From contig JAQGDQ010000424.1 of assembly GCA_030141605.1 (NCBI GenBank), forward strand, positions 135,964 to 199,963: 64,000 nt of DNA, in the 5' to 3' direction. The position numbers and the translations under genes are program-made. Under the pieces are notes generated by a model. The model was not told the DNA's origin. It did not search any database and was given only the letters and a program-made list of their open reading frames with translations. How positions within the stretch are numbered: position 1 is the first letter of the stretch; each line of letters opens with the position of its first letter. This DNA comes from Tubiluchus corallicola (Eukaryota; Animalia; Priapulida). Positions 26,080 through 38,117 of the stretch are shown here, one piece after another.

Positions 26080-26211
26080 GATATCAGCAGTAAACCGGTC
26101 CTAATGGCTGGAGGTGCCACAAAAGACGACATTCAGCAAGGAAATCTGGGTGACTGCTGGTTTCTCTCCTCCTGTGCAGCTATTGCTAGAGAACCATCCC
26201 TCATGTCAAAG
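26080..26211 (+). CDS. Calpain exon 3 with catalytic Cys (QGNLGDCWFLSS)
   Basis: tttag / gtcagt; 132 nt. Confidence 0.95.
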
Positions 26212-27170
26212 GTCAGTGTCACTTCTTATGTCACAGGTCAGTGTCGTTTCTCATGTCACAGGTCAGTAACACTTCTTATGTCACAGGTCAGTGTCAGCCC
26301 TCATGTCACAGGTCAGTGTCACTTCTCATGTCACATGTCAGTATCACTTCTCATGTCGCAGGTCAGTGTCACTTCTCATGTCGCAGGTCAGTGTCACTTC
26401 TCATGTCACAGGTCAGTATCACTTCTCATGTCGTAGGTCAGTGTCACTTCTCATGTCGCAGGTCAGTGTCACTTCTCATGTCACAGGTCAGTGTCACTTC
26501 TCATGCCGCAGGTCAGTGTCACTTCTCATGTCACATGTCAGTGTCACTTCTCATGTCACAGGTCAGTGTCACTTCTCATGCCGCAGGTCAGTGTCACTTC
26601 CCATGTCACAGGTCAGTGTCATTTCTCATGTCTCAGGTCAGTGTCACTTCTCATGTCACACGTCGATGTCACTACTCATGTCACAGGTCAGTGTTACTTC
26701 TCAACTTCTCATGTCACATGTCAGTGTCACTTCTCATGTCACAGGTCAGTGTCACTTGTCATGTCACAGGTCAGTGTCACTTCTCATGTCACAGGTCAGT
26801 GTCACTACTCATGTCACAGGTCAGTGTTACTTCTTAACTTCTCATGTCACATGTCAGTGTCACTTCTCATGTCACAGGTCAGTGTCACTTCTCATGTCAC
26901 AGGTCAGTGTCACTTCTCATGTCACAGGTCAGTGTCACTTCTCATGCCGCAGGTCAGTGTCACTTCTCATGTCACAGGTCAGTGTCACTTCTCATGTCAC
27001 AGGTCAGTGTCAGTTTTCATGTCACAGGCTAGTGTCACTTCTCATATCACAAGTCGATGTCACTACTCATGTCAGAGGTCAATGTCGCTTCTCACGTCAA
27101 ATATCAGTGTTGCTTCTTATGCAAAAGGTCAATGTCATTTCTCGCATCAAAGGTCAGGGTCATTTTCTCT
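26200..27170. repeat. Minisatellite, 25-bp unit, ~35-38 copies, spanning the exon 3 donor
   Basis: Unit ctcatgtcacag|gtcagtgtcactt; the first unit is the real junction ctcatgtcaaag|gtcagtgtcactt. Confidence 0.95.
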
Positions 27171-27195
27171 GCAAGCCAAGTTTGGTCTGTTCTAA

Positions 27196-27270
27196 GACTG
27201 GTATAATGGCTAGGATAACTGCACGGCATGCAGAAAATCCATAGTTCGAGTCTCAGTGTAGGTGCAAAAT
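27196..27270 (+). mobile_element. tRNA-derived SINE-head-like relic
   Basis: A-box-like tggtataatgg, ctgca/tgcag stem, B-box-like agttcgagtc; no good acceptor stem. Confidence 0.4.
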
Positions 27271-27504
27271 TTTTCAACCGTTCTAATTTAGTAATACTTT
27301 CGTGAGCCTGTAAGACTGAAAATTTGAACTAAATTAAACTGTAAGTATTATGTGGGCGAAGCTTCTGGATAGAGCGGAGCTTTAATTGTTACTTTTCCAT
27401 TAAATGCACTTAAACGCAAACGACTTTAAGTAAATTAATTTTACACAAAAAACGAATCTAGAAATATCAACAACGTATCTTTTCAGTTGTCTTACTTTTT
27501 TCAG

Positions 27505-27698
27505 GTCATGCCTGATAATGTTGTCTTGTACGGCGACGGATACTACGGCATTGTTCACTTCCGGTTTTGGAGATTTGGTGACTGGGTTGATGTGTTTGTT
27601 GACGACTTACTACCGGTTGTTGATAACAGACTCATCTATGCTCACGCAGTGGACCAGAATGAATTCTGGGTAGCATTAATTGAAAAAGCCTATGCCAA
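27505..27698 (+). CDS. Calpain exon 4 ([20 protein letters not shown]...[13 protein letters not shown])
   Basis: ttttcag / gtgagt; canonical calpain motifs. Confidence 0.95.
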
Positions 27699-27844
27699 GT
27701 GAGTAGCTGCAAAAAGGTTTGCTGTTATTTATGGGAAAGCTGTGAAGCTACTAAGCACGCTCGCCAGGTGGCAGCTGCTGTATTCAGTTTCTCACTGGTG
27801 CATGCACTGTGGAGAGACAAAGCACTGTGGAGAAAGCACATAGT

Positions 27845-28098
27845 AATGACGATGATGATGATGACAACGACGATGATGATAATGATAATGGTGATGACGA
27901 TGATGATAATGATGAAAGTGATTGCAATGATGATAAAGATAATGATGATAGTGATGATGACAATGATGATGACGACGACGATGATGTGATGCCGATGACA
28001 ATGAGGATGATGATAATGATGAAGGTGATGATGATGATAAAGGTTATGATGATAACGATGATGACGATGATGATGAAGATGATGATGACGACGACGAG
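27845..28098. repeat. (GAT)n microsatellite
   Basis: Direct reading. Confidence 0.95.
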
Positions 28099-28685
28099 AT
28101 TGCAAACTGGAATTAAACCTTTCAAAATTAAGCCTTATATAATGGTAGAACCTACTTATTTTCTTGCGATTGTGTTGGAGCTAAAATGTAGCTCATCACC
28201 AGGGGTAGTCCCTGAGATACTGCACCACCAGTCGTTCCAGTTCCCATTCAAAATCATGTGTGTGCAAATAGGGGTGAGCATCGAACATTAGATTCAAATG
28301 AGTTTTTTAGTTCGAATTCGATTAAAACGTTCTTTATTATTAAAACGTTTGAAACTTCACGCAAGTAGCATAATTTAGCTGTGATTTCTCTGCACAATTT
28401 TTAAACAAATTATTAGTGGTTTTACCGCAGAGCAAAATCGAGCAATATGCACGACCTTTGTAAGATCGCTTTTTGCTGGTGGCTCAAAAACTTGCTCGAA
28501 AATCTTTCAAACTCAATTCCAGTTCGATTCGAATGGAAAGTCACAAATTCGATTAGATTCGCTTTGTGGTAGAAACCCCTAGCAGCAAATACGTTGTCTA
28601 TTGTTGCAAAGATTAATCATCAGTTAAAAAGGTTTCCCGGCTGGTCCACACCTACATTTGAAGTGACGTCTGGCCTACGTAGCAG

Positions 28686-29019
28686 CTGTAGCGGATAGCC
28701 CTATAGGCTGAATAGGCTGAAGCCTAAGGCCCGGGATCAAAAGGGGCCCGGCAAAATAAAATATAGAAAAAAGTTTTTTTTTCAAAAGTCAGTCACTATA
28801 TTTCAAATCGGGTTTACACAAATCAAGTTTACACAATTCACGTTTACGCAGTTTAAGTTTAAGTTCAACATTTCAGTTTCCGAATTTTTCTGGGGGTAAA
28901 GTCAGTTATAATTTCTGAAAAGTCCATTTTTTCAACATATGTGACTGAATATGTAGCAACATTTAAAAGGCCCGTTCCAAGCTCAAGCCTAAGGCCCATA
29001 AAATCATAATCCGCCGCTG
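28686..29019. mobile_element. hAT-type MITE
   Basis: Perfect 8-bp TSD cgtagcag (28678-28685, 29020-29027) and an 11-bp imperfect TIR. Confidence 0.75.
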
Positions 29020-29083
29020 CGTAGCAGACATCACAACTGAGACAGACATATCTGTAGACCAGAAAATGTCATTTCTTTTGCAG

Positions 29084-29255
29084 ATTACATGGTTCTTATG
29101 AAGCCATTGAAGGTGGTCATGCAAAGGACGCTCTGGTGGACTTGACCGGTGGTCTTGCGGAATGCTACGAAATCAACGAAACAACGATACCTGAACTGTA
29201 TAGACATTTGCACAGAGCAGCACAAAATGGAGCCTTTATCACCTGTTCCAAAAAG
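29084..29255 (+). CDS. Calpain exon 5 (LHGSYEAIEGG...DLTGG)
   Basis: ttgcag / gtagta; phase 2 to 0. Confidence 0.95.
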
Positions 29256-30579
29256 GTAGTATGCCCCCCTACTCCCCCTCCCCCCAGAAACCATCCAGCA
29301 ATTCTCACCCTTAGCCAAGGGATTACATTAATTTAATGGTTACCAAGGGCGTATCTAGACTTTATGACACCCTAGACTGATAATTTAGTGCCGCCCGTCT
29401 CTATTGTGAATTTATGGTTACTTATGCAATGAGCAGTTTAAGCAATTACTTGTGGTGTATTAGAAGCAGTATTAATCTAGTGTCTACTACGTGGTCATTA
29501 TTAATTACATGTACTTGCATAACACTTATATTTAAGCAGGTTGCACAACTGCTTGTTGTGTATTACCTTGCACCTGTTCGTTATGTGGCACTTATATAAA
29601 AGCTGCCCTCGGTAACTGGCTGTGATGTGTTATAAAATGTACCCTTTACATGAATATGTAAATTTTCCGAGGAGACTAAGAATTTTTTCTAAAATGTGAC
29701 CTGTGACGCCCTCAAACTTTGGCGCTCTAGGCTATAGCTGTATTAGTTTTACATCACTAGTGAGAGTTATTTGCACATAAACATAGTTAGTGTTCTGTCT
29801 CCAAAAATGTTGCTATGTTCGTTTGGTTTTTATTATGTCTTTAGATTTTTATATTTTTTCTCCAATTAACTTATATTTCCGTTGCTTGTTATAACACTTT
29901 TGCTCTTTCATCTTTATCATTAATGTACAATTCGTATATATTATACGGGTGGCTAGATTAGATGTTTGTCCACCACCCCGTCCCTATAAACTCTTTAGTT
30001 TATTGTATCAACAAACTAGGGATGTTATGTTTGATAAACTAAATTAAATGCTTCTGCTTGAAAACCTTAATATAGCTGCCTTAGGAGCTAATATCTGTTG
30101 AAGTTGTTATTATTCGGAAAAGATGAATTTAACTATGTTGCTAACTGTAAAATATTCCAATGTATACATGACTTTATATTACGTACTAAACGCTTCCAGT
30201 AGTTTCTATCTGATATGAAATGCATCAGTCTTAAATTTTCGTACATTAATATTTTCTAACCGCCATTTTCTACTAATGTCTAATGTAATCTTGTAGTAAA
30301 ACTTGTCAGCTTGTGTAGTTATAGTCTATTCTTACTGTAAATGTTCTTGTAAATAGTGTATAAAGACTGTTGTGGTGAGGATCCTATATCATGTTGTTCA
30401 AACTGTCTAATCCAATCCTAAATAAATTATGTTTAAACCAACTAATTCTTTAGTAAAGTATAAGAGACAAGAAAAAGAAAGTGAATTGAATTGAATTGCT
30501 TCTGGGCAAACTATAGTCATTCTAATGCAGCACTTACCAATGTTTTTAACTTTTATCAATGTGACTCTTCTTTCTTCAG

Positions 30580-30737
30580 GGTAACTGGAGAGATGCAAAT
30601 GAAGCAGACGAGTACGGTCTTGTAGCTGGTCATGCCTACACATTGACCGCTGTCCAGAAGGTTGTCGGTCATTCGTTAGTACGAGTACGAAATCCTTGGG
30701 GCAACGAAACCGAGTGGAAAGGAGCTTGGAGTGATGG
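30580..30737 (+). CDS. Calpain exon 6 with catalytic His and Asn ([17 protein letters not shown])
   Basis: cttcag / gtgagt; phase 0 to 2. Confidence 0.95.
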
Positions 30738-31362
30738 GTGAGTGCTTGTGGGATCACTAAATTAAAGGAGCTTGGAGTGATGGGTGAATGCTTGTGGGAT
30801 CACTAAATTAAAGGAGTTTGGAGTGATGGGTGAGTGCTTGTGGGATCACTAAATTAAAGGAGCTTGGAGTGATGGGTGAGTGCTTGCGGGCTCACTAAAT
30901 TAAAGGAGTTTGGAGTGATGGGTGAGTGCTTGTGGGATCGCTAAATTAAAGGAGCTTGGAGTGATGGGTGAGTGCTTGTGGGATCACTAAATTAAAGGAG
31001 CTTGGAGTGATGGGTGAGTGCTTGTGGGATCACTAAATTAAAGGAGCTTGGAGCGATGGGTGAGTTCTTGTGGGATCACTAAATTAAATGAGCTTGGAGT
31101 GATGGATGAGTGCTTGTGGGATCACTAAATTAAAGGAGCTTGGAGAGATGGGTGAATGCTTGTGGGATCACTAAATTAAAGGAGCTTGGAGAGATGGGTG
31201 AATGCTTGTGGGATCACTAAATTAAAGGAGCTTGAAGTGATGGGTGAGTTCTTGTGAGATCACTAAATTAAAGGAGCTTGGAGTGATGGGTGAGTTCTTG
31301 TGGGATCACTAAATAAAAGGACCTTGGAGAGATGGGTGAGTGCTTGTGGGATCACTAAATTA
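30718..31362. repeat. Minisatellite, 46-bp unit, ~14 copies, spanning the exon 6 donor
   Basis: Unit aaaggagcttggagtgatgg|gtgagtgcttgtgggatcactaaatt = last 20 exon nt + first 26 intron nt. Confidence 0.97.
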
Positions 31363-31697
31363 AATGGCTGACTGTAATTTCAGAAACAAAATCAAAATTG
31401 CGAAATCTAAATTATGAAATCTAAATAAAGTATTGTTCTCATTGGAAGTAACTAGAAAGTTGAAATTTGGCAGATTGGCGGAAGGATATTTGGAAGTCAA
31501 CGGTAAATAGAGTTCTAAAGGACGTATGCTGACAGTTGGGCAGAAAAAATAAATAAATGCTTCGCATTCTGGACGAGTTGCTAATCAGTCATGTTTACGT
31601 CATTACAGTGACATCATGCGAGAACAAGTAGATGCGAATAAATCAATGCTTCGCATTCTGGACTAGTTGCTAATCAATCATGTTTACATCATTACAG

Positions 31698-31875
31698 TGA
31701 CATCATGTGGGAGCAGGTAGACGCAAATACTAAACAAGAACTGGGTCTGATAGAAAGAGGCGATGGCGAATTCTGGATGGAATTCTCTGATTTCTGTCAA
31801 CATTACCAGGAGCTGACAATCTGTACACTAGGAGCAGATTTGGACAGAGATGGGATACCTGACAAAACTGGACAG
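31698..31875 (+). CDS. Calpain exon 7 (DGEFWMEFSDF)
   Basis: attacag / gtaagg; phase 2 to 0. Confidence 0.93.
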
Positions 31876-32320
31876 GTAAGGGGAGCCTGTGAGATAAATG
31901 CAGGTAAATAACCTCAAGGTTAGTGTTAGATTTAGAGGGAGGGTAGCACACCGCTGAACGAGAAATACAGGGTGTCCAAAAAGTTACTATATACTTTGAT
32001 TTCGAATTTTCAATTTAAATTTTTTTCCAATCTCAGCAAGTTTTTACATGAACGAAAAGGCAATTCTTGTTTTTATTTTTTTCCCTGAAAAACCGTTGTA
32101 GTCGCAGCAACAGTAAGGTTAGAAATGAGGTTCAAAATCTGGGAAGAAGTCCTTTAGTTATCAGTGTAAGTTTAGTGGAAATTCACACCACCGTATGGAC
32201 CACACTATGGCGACTTTAAAGTGATTTTACTAATCGCACTTTTATTACTAAATCCCTCTAACATTTTTCCTAAACCTTGGAATAAGTGTAATTTCCAAGA
32301 AGGCTGTGTATTTTACTTAA

Positions 32321-32820
32321 AGCACAAGAGAACCCTTCATAAACTTTAGGCTTGAAAAATTCGTTTTGAAATTTTATATCACTTACATACTGCCTTCTTG
32401 CGTACAGGGCTTGTGTCGGAGTAACGCTGTATAAAACATGTAAATTTAAAGTCCCGCGATGACAGTTAGATGCAGCCATTTTGATGATAAGTCATTTTAA
32501 ACAAGTTTAGATAACATTTTGGAAAGTTTGAAAAAATAATCAGAGCATTCGTTGCGCACACGTCACTAACTAAGTAAAATTTTAAATTACTGTATCTTGT
32601 CAATAAGATTAAAAATACGTTTTTGGTTAGCGAGTGGTGCACCATGGAGTCAGTGATATTTTACCAATTGGTGAAAATATTTTAAATAATTGATAATTTT
32701 CTTTTCTAGTCACATAAGTCTTTCTAGCAGGTAAGCGAAATACTAAGTAATATAGATTTGCATGAAAGGTTTTTGGGAGATTTTTCTGAAACCTACTTCA
32801 GGTACCCCTTTTCTTGTCCT
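32321..32820 (-). mobile_element. Kolobok-like family B copy
   Basis: TTAA/CTAA flanks; reverse complement of the 49566-50180 element. Confidence 0.7.
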
Positions 32821-33549
32821 CTAAGATCATCACGAGACCCTCTTTGCTCATGTCTACAGCATAGCAACAGACCCCCACTTCAGGGTTAAACCCCCAACTG
32901 TCAATTGGGTTCAGGTAATGGACCGTGGAACACTTAGAAAGAATATAACATATAGAACATAGAACCTTTATTTTCTCCAACAGTAAATGCTAGTTAAATG
33001 TAAGATAATTGCAATCACGGAGCAGGGGTCACCTAGCATCCTGCCCTTTCATACGGACAGGTTTGACAAATTAAAAATACACGGTGATGCTGCAGGTAAC
33101 AAAATAATTAAAAAAGAAAAACAATACAACAAAACAGTAGTAGTAATTGTCAATAAACTACAAAATAAAAAACAATAACAAAAAAAATAAACAGACTAAA
33201 GTTAAGTATATAAATTTAAGCAATGTAATGATATCTCTATTTTATATGCGCATTGTTAACATGAGAGCAGTCTCTGCCATGTCATAATCTTTAAGACACG
33301 GTTGTAATATTGCGTTCTGAATTATCTATTAACTATGTTATAGGATCAATCACATTGTTGAGAACCATCCTGTATCTTCAAGCAAGAGAACACAGTCTGG
33401 GGTTGGGGTGGGGTGTATGGGTTGCGACAAAAGATTTGGAAACAACTTATTAACCAAAATTGATGGACAAGAAGTAAAACATTGGGTAGAAGTTGAAAGC
33501 TGTTTATAATTCTTTCAACTTATTTATGATAACAGGTGTCTACTTACAG

Positions 33550-33798
33550 GTAAAGACGATACACGGCTCTTGGGAACAAGGAAAGTCAGCTGGTGGCAGC
33601 AGGAATGATTTGAAGAAATTCGCCACAAATCCTCAGTTTTTGCTCACTCTCACTGAAGCAGACGATTTCAATCCCAAAGTGGATGACGAAAAATTGCGCG
33701 GGAAATGCAGCCTTGTGATTGGTCTAATGCAGGAACACAGGCGATCGCAGCGTCATCTAGGAACCAAAATATTACAAATTGGTTTCGTTGTTTACAAG
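33550..33798 (+). CDS. Calpain exon 8 (CBSW/domain III: GSW...SAGGSRN...NPQF)
   Basis: ttacag / gtatat; 249 nt, phase 0-0. Confidence 0.9.
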
Positions 33799-34032
33799 GT
33801 ATATTTTTTAGAATGCCTAGGAATTAATTGATTTTTGTGTTGAATTTTTACTATAAAAGCCCAACATTCACATTACCGGATCCCTGTTTTCACTTCGACT
33901 TGCCAAGGTGAATTTGATGTTTTCAGCACTCATAAATATAGTTTACTGAACATAAAACATAAAGAGATTGAAAAATCGTTGATTCTGTACATAGGATGGA
34001 ATGGCTCAAACGTAGTAGGGACGATCATACCG

Positions 34033-34322
34033 AAAAGCACAATACTAATGAAGGCACAGTGATAACGAAAGCACAATAATAACAAAAGCACAATACTAAC
34101 AAAAGAACAATGATAACAAAAGCACAATAATAACAGAAGCACAATAATAACAAAAGCACAATACTAAAGAAAGCACAATACTAAAGAAAGCACAATGATA
34201 ACGAGAGCACAATGATGACGAAAGCACAACACTAACGAAAGCATAATGATAACGAAAGCACAATACTAACGAAAGCACAATGATAACACAAGCACAATAG
34301 TAACAAAAGCACAATAATAACA
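34033..34322. repeat. Minisatellite, ~18-21-bp unit (aaagcacaatRatRac)
   Basis: Direct reading. Confidence 0.9.
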
Positions 34323-34583
34323 TTTATTAGTGTCAAAAAATATATACAATACAAGGAAAAAGAAACAAGACATACAATTTCAATTTTGAAATATAATGGC
34401 ACTGCAGACAAACAGAACGATTACTATAAAACAAATATTGTTAAGTCTTCCTGTTAGTTACATTAGTTATTTAATGAAAAGTTTAATGATTAGTATTTAA
34501 AATAAATAGTCATTCATTAGGCCTCATTTTTAATGTTATGATCATCATATATAAAAACATTATTTATATATATATATATAATT

Positions 34584-35000
34584 TTTAGAACAGGCTTTAG
34601 AACAATGGTGGGGGCGGATACAGGTTTTAGAACAACGGTGGGGCGGATACAGGTTTTAGAACAACGGTGGGCGCAGATACAGGTCTTAGAACAACGCTGG
34701 GGGCGGATACAGGTTTTAGAACAACGTTGGAGGCGGATACATGTTTTAGAACAGCGGTAGGGGCGGATACAGGTTTTAGAACAACGGTAGGGGCGGATAC
34801 AGATTTTAGAACAACGGTGGGGGCGGAAACAGGTTTTGGAACAACGGTGGGCACAGAAACAGGTCTTAGAACAACGCTGGGGGCAGATACAGGTTTTAGA
34901 ACAACGTTGGGGGCGGATACAGGTTTTAGAACAACGGTAGGGGCGGATACAGGTTTTAGAACAACGGTAGGGGCGGATACAGTTTTAGAACAACGGTGGG
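34584..35000. repeat. Minisatellite, 30-bp unit, ~14 copies
   Basis: ttttagaacaacggtRggggcggatacagg; 10-aa periodicity in the ORF track. Confidence 0.95.
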
Positions 35001-35189
35001 CCCATCGGAAATGCAGTTAGGGTGTCTGAGTGAGCGGTGTAAGCTCCCCAGCGAGGTCCACTCGGACAACAATGCATTTTACTACATTTTAGACCACTTT
35101 TCTGTCTTCTAGAAGCCACTTCCTCAAAGAAGGTCACTAGTTTAGAACACGTGTCACCTCACATTTGAATCAAAATTACATACACCATA

Positions 35190-35599
35190 TGTTGGTGTCT
35201 CTGAGAGACATTTATCTTCAAAAGTCTCAGTTGAATTTCATGTAAACGACTGTTCTTTATTTCTGCAATGTTAAAAATTAAAATATAAAAGCAAAAGTGA
35301 CTGACATTGGGTAATTTTATGAAAAGTTACATAGTTTAGTTAGATTGACAGTTATTTAGTTCAATCAAAAATATCAATGAATAAATCAAGATAAAAATTA
35401 ATAGACATAAACTTACATCGTTGCGGCATATATCTAATGATAAATTTCGCTAGCTTGTACAAGGCAATCGTTCACATATATTACAGAACAGCATAATGAG
35501 AACATAACTGGGTCAATGACTTTAAACTTTCCAGCTAGATGGAGCCACATTGGCTACAAAATTAAAATTTATTAAGTCAGGTTCACACTGGCGTTAATA
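35190..35599 (-). mobile_element. Solo-LTR-like element, same family as 16674-17060
   Basis: Inverted homology; flanks ccata/gcata (4 of 5 match, TSD-like). Confidence 0.65.
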
Positions 35600-35865
35600 G
35601 CATATATGATGTACATAACTTTCATCTGTTTTCTTGTGATACATGATCTTTACAGATATAAGGCATCTTTGGAATTTAGCAAATCGTTCTATTGCTTATA
35701 ATTCAGAAAAAATATTAATTTGGTGTGTTGTAGCTGTTACTGTGAAAGGGAGGGCCCACCCCCTAATTCCGCTAATGGTTTATAAACAATGATTGTTTTA
35801 CAAAATTAATCACTAGAAATTCTAAAAATTCCTGTCATCCATCTTTTTTACGTTTAATGTTTTAG

Positions 35866-36087
35866 ACGGACGATCCTTCAAAGCGACTTTCCGTCGATCA
35901 CTTTATGTACAATTACGATTCCGGAACGTCGGGTGTTTTCATAAACTACCGCGAGGTGACAGCACGATTCGAACTGCAGCCTGGTAATTACGTCATCATT
36001 CCGACAACGTTCAAACCGGACTTTCCCGGCAGTTTTATGATTCGGGTTCATGCGGAGAAGTCCATTGAACTGAGTGAGATTCTATAA
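35866..36087 (+). CDS. Calpain exon 9, terminal (FINYREV...YVIIPTTFKP...FMIRV...EIL*)
   Basis: ttttag acceptor, phase 0, TAA stop; spliced protein ~558 aa. Confidence 0.9.
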   Translation, partial: TDDPSKRLSVDHFMYNYDSGTSGVFINYREVTARFELQPGNYVIIPTTFKPDFPGSFMIRVHAEKSIELSEIL

Positions 36088-36249
36088 ACCTCATAAACCT
36101 GAGCAAAACAAGAAAGTTTCAATGAAAATTTGAAAATACAGCGAGGCTTAATCCATTATGTCCCACGAACACCCACTCAACGTACAATGCAGTAATATAA
36201 TTACACTCCCTTATGATCCCTTGACGAAAATGATGCTGAATATATGATC

Positions 36250-36536
36250 ACTGATGATGACGAATGACGATCATGATGCTGATGATAGTAGTGATGATGA
36301 TCATGATGCTGATGATAGTAGTGATGATAATGGTGATGGTGATGATAATGATGATGACGATGACGACGACGGCGATGATGATGATGATGCACATTTTTAA
36401 TAACAAATTATAATGGTGTCTGTTCATAATGATGATGATGATAATGATGATGATGATGCTGATATTGTTGTTGTACTTGTTAGTGTTGTTTTTGTTGTTG
36501 TTGTTGTTGATGATGATGATGGTGATGATGATGATG

Positions 36537-36598
<62 letters not shown>

Positions 36599-36740
36599 CA
36601 CAATATTAATAACAAATTAAAATGGTGCCTGTTAATAATGATGATGATGATGATGCTGATATTGTTGTTGTTGTTGTTGTTGTTGATGATGATGATGAGA
36701 ATGAGAATGCTGATGACGACGACGATGATGATGATGACGA
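36250..36740. repeat. (GAT)n/(GTT)n microsatellites in the calpain 3' region
   Basis: Direct reading. Confidence 0.95.
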
Positions 36741-37274
36741 TAATTTTTGCAACTGTTAAACATAAACTGTTTTATTGTTGTTCATTCATTCACTGCTTTA
36801 TTTTTATCCTTTTATTATTATATTTCTGTAATTCTGACTACTGAATTTGTCAGCAAATTTAGTTATAACATCAAAGACTGAGCTGTGATGTGATCGAATT
36901 TTGTGCATTTAGTTATTAAACGAATAAAATACTGTTATGGTTGATCTTTTGTGATCTTTTTTATTCTTGAAATAGTAGTGCTTTTGTAAGATTTATAATC
37001 AGCGTCTTACTTTACACAATTCTCTTACCTGACCAGATTTTATGCGTCATTATTTTGTGAAGCCACTTCAGTCAGGTGCAGAATACAGACGATAAAAAAT
37101 TGATGAATCATCACGTTTGCCTCGTGAAATCTGGACATCCTCCTAAAATTTATTACATTAAACGAGATCGTTCAGTTTTTAATTTTATTATTCAAAATTG
37201 CCAGTTGTTGTCGACTGTCCATATTGAAACTTACATTTATGCAATTTTTTATACAGAGATTTTCAAAAGTTTAT

Positions 37275-37700
37275 CAAAGAATTTATCTTTTATGACTAAT
37301 GAAAAGAGCTGGGTCATCTTCTAATGATATCATCAAAATGTACTGCACTGTGATTAGGCCAGTTGTTGAATACGCTTCTGTCAGGTATGACACTCATCTC
37401 TCTCCTAGAATCTCTCTGATTTGTTAGAAACAGTTCAAAAGTGTTCATTGAAAATAATTTTTCCAAATGAAAGCTAGGCTAATGCTCTAATTTTGGCTAA
37501 TCTTCAACCTTTATTTAACAGTCACAAAGATTCTTGCAAGAAGTTGTTCTTATCAATTCAAAATCCTAATAATAAAATCAACACTCTATTGCCAGATGCC
37601 CACATACTCATAGATATTGAACTCGCAACCATTTAAAATACCCCCCTTACCTAGATGCAGAACAGAGAACTTCAGAAATAGTTTTAGCTCAAATGGTTTA
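37275..37700 (+). mobile_element. Degenerate LINE ORF2 3' fragment (L2/Crack/CR1 group)
   Basis: Frameshifted translation KRAG...MYCTVIRPVVEYASV...LETVQKCSLKIIFP. Confidence 0.6.
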
Positions 37701-38117
37701 TTTAAATTCTAAACTTAAGTTTAAACTCAATTTAATTTTAATTTATTTTGTTTATGTATCTTGTAACAGTGTAATAGTGATTCTCGCTGTTTGTTCTACC
37801 TTGCTTGATATTTTAAAAACTAAATATTGCCATTTTATGCTGTGCTGTTTTAACTACCATTTGGTCGTAAGGATGGTAAAATAAGCTTGATAGACAGAAG
37901 GTGAAAAACCTTGGGTACGATTGTGTACTAAACGTGCTAAAAGATCTACACGTGGAACTCACTCATACTTATAATACAGCATTTCTGTCCACGTGTTCAA
38001 TTTAAACTCAATTACGTAAGTTTAATAGTGCAAGAAATTAATTTAGTTCTGGCAGTTCATTCGCCTGCGTTCGACTCGCTCTCAGTGCCTTTACTGTTCC
38101 TCAAATTGCACTTCTAT

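Noticed and set aside
26241-27244. Cys/His-rich ORFs of 198-317 aa
   Set aside because: Three-frame translation of the 25-bp intronic array.
27196-27270. Functional tRNA gene
   Set aside because: The acceptor and T stems do not pair; kept only as a SINE-like relic.
27699-28291. Acidic or His-rich ORFs (also 36201-36844)
   Set aside because: (GAT)n microsatellites.
18332-36087. Calpain-7/PalB-like MIT-calpain single protein
   Set aside because: The MIT-bearing exon is MITD1 and ends in a stop at 18964; I found no convincing phase-0 internal donor.
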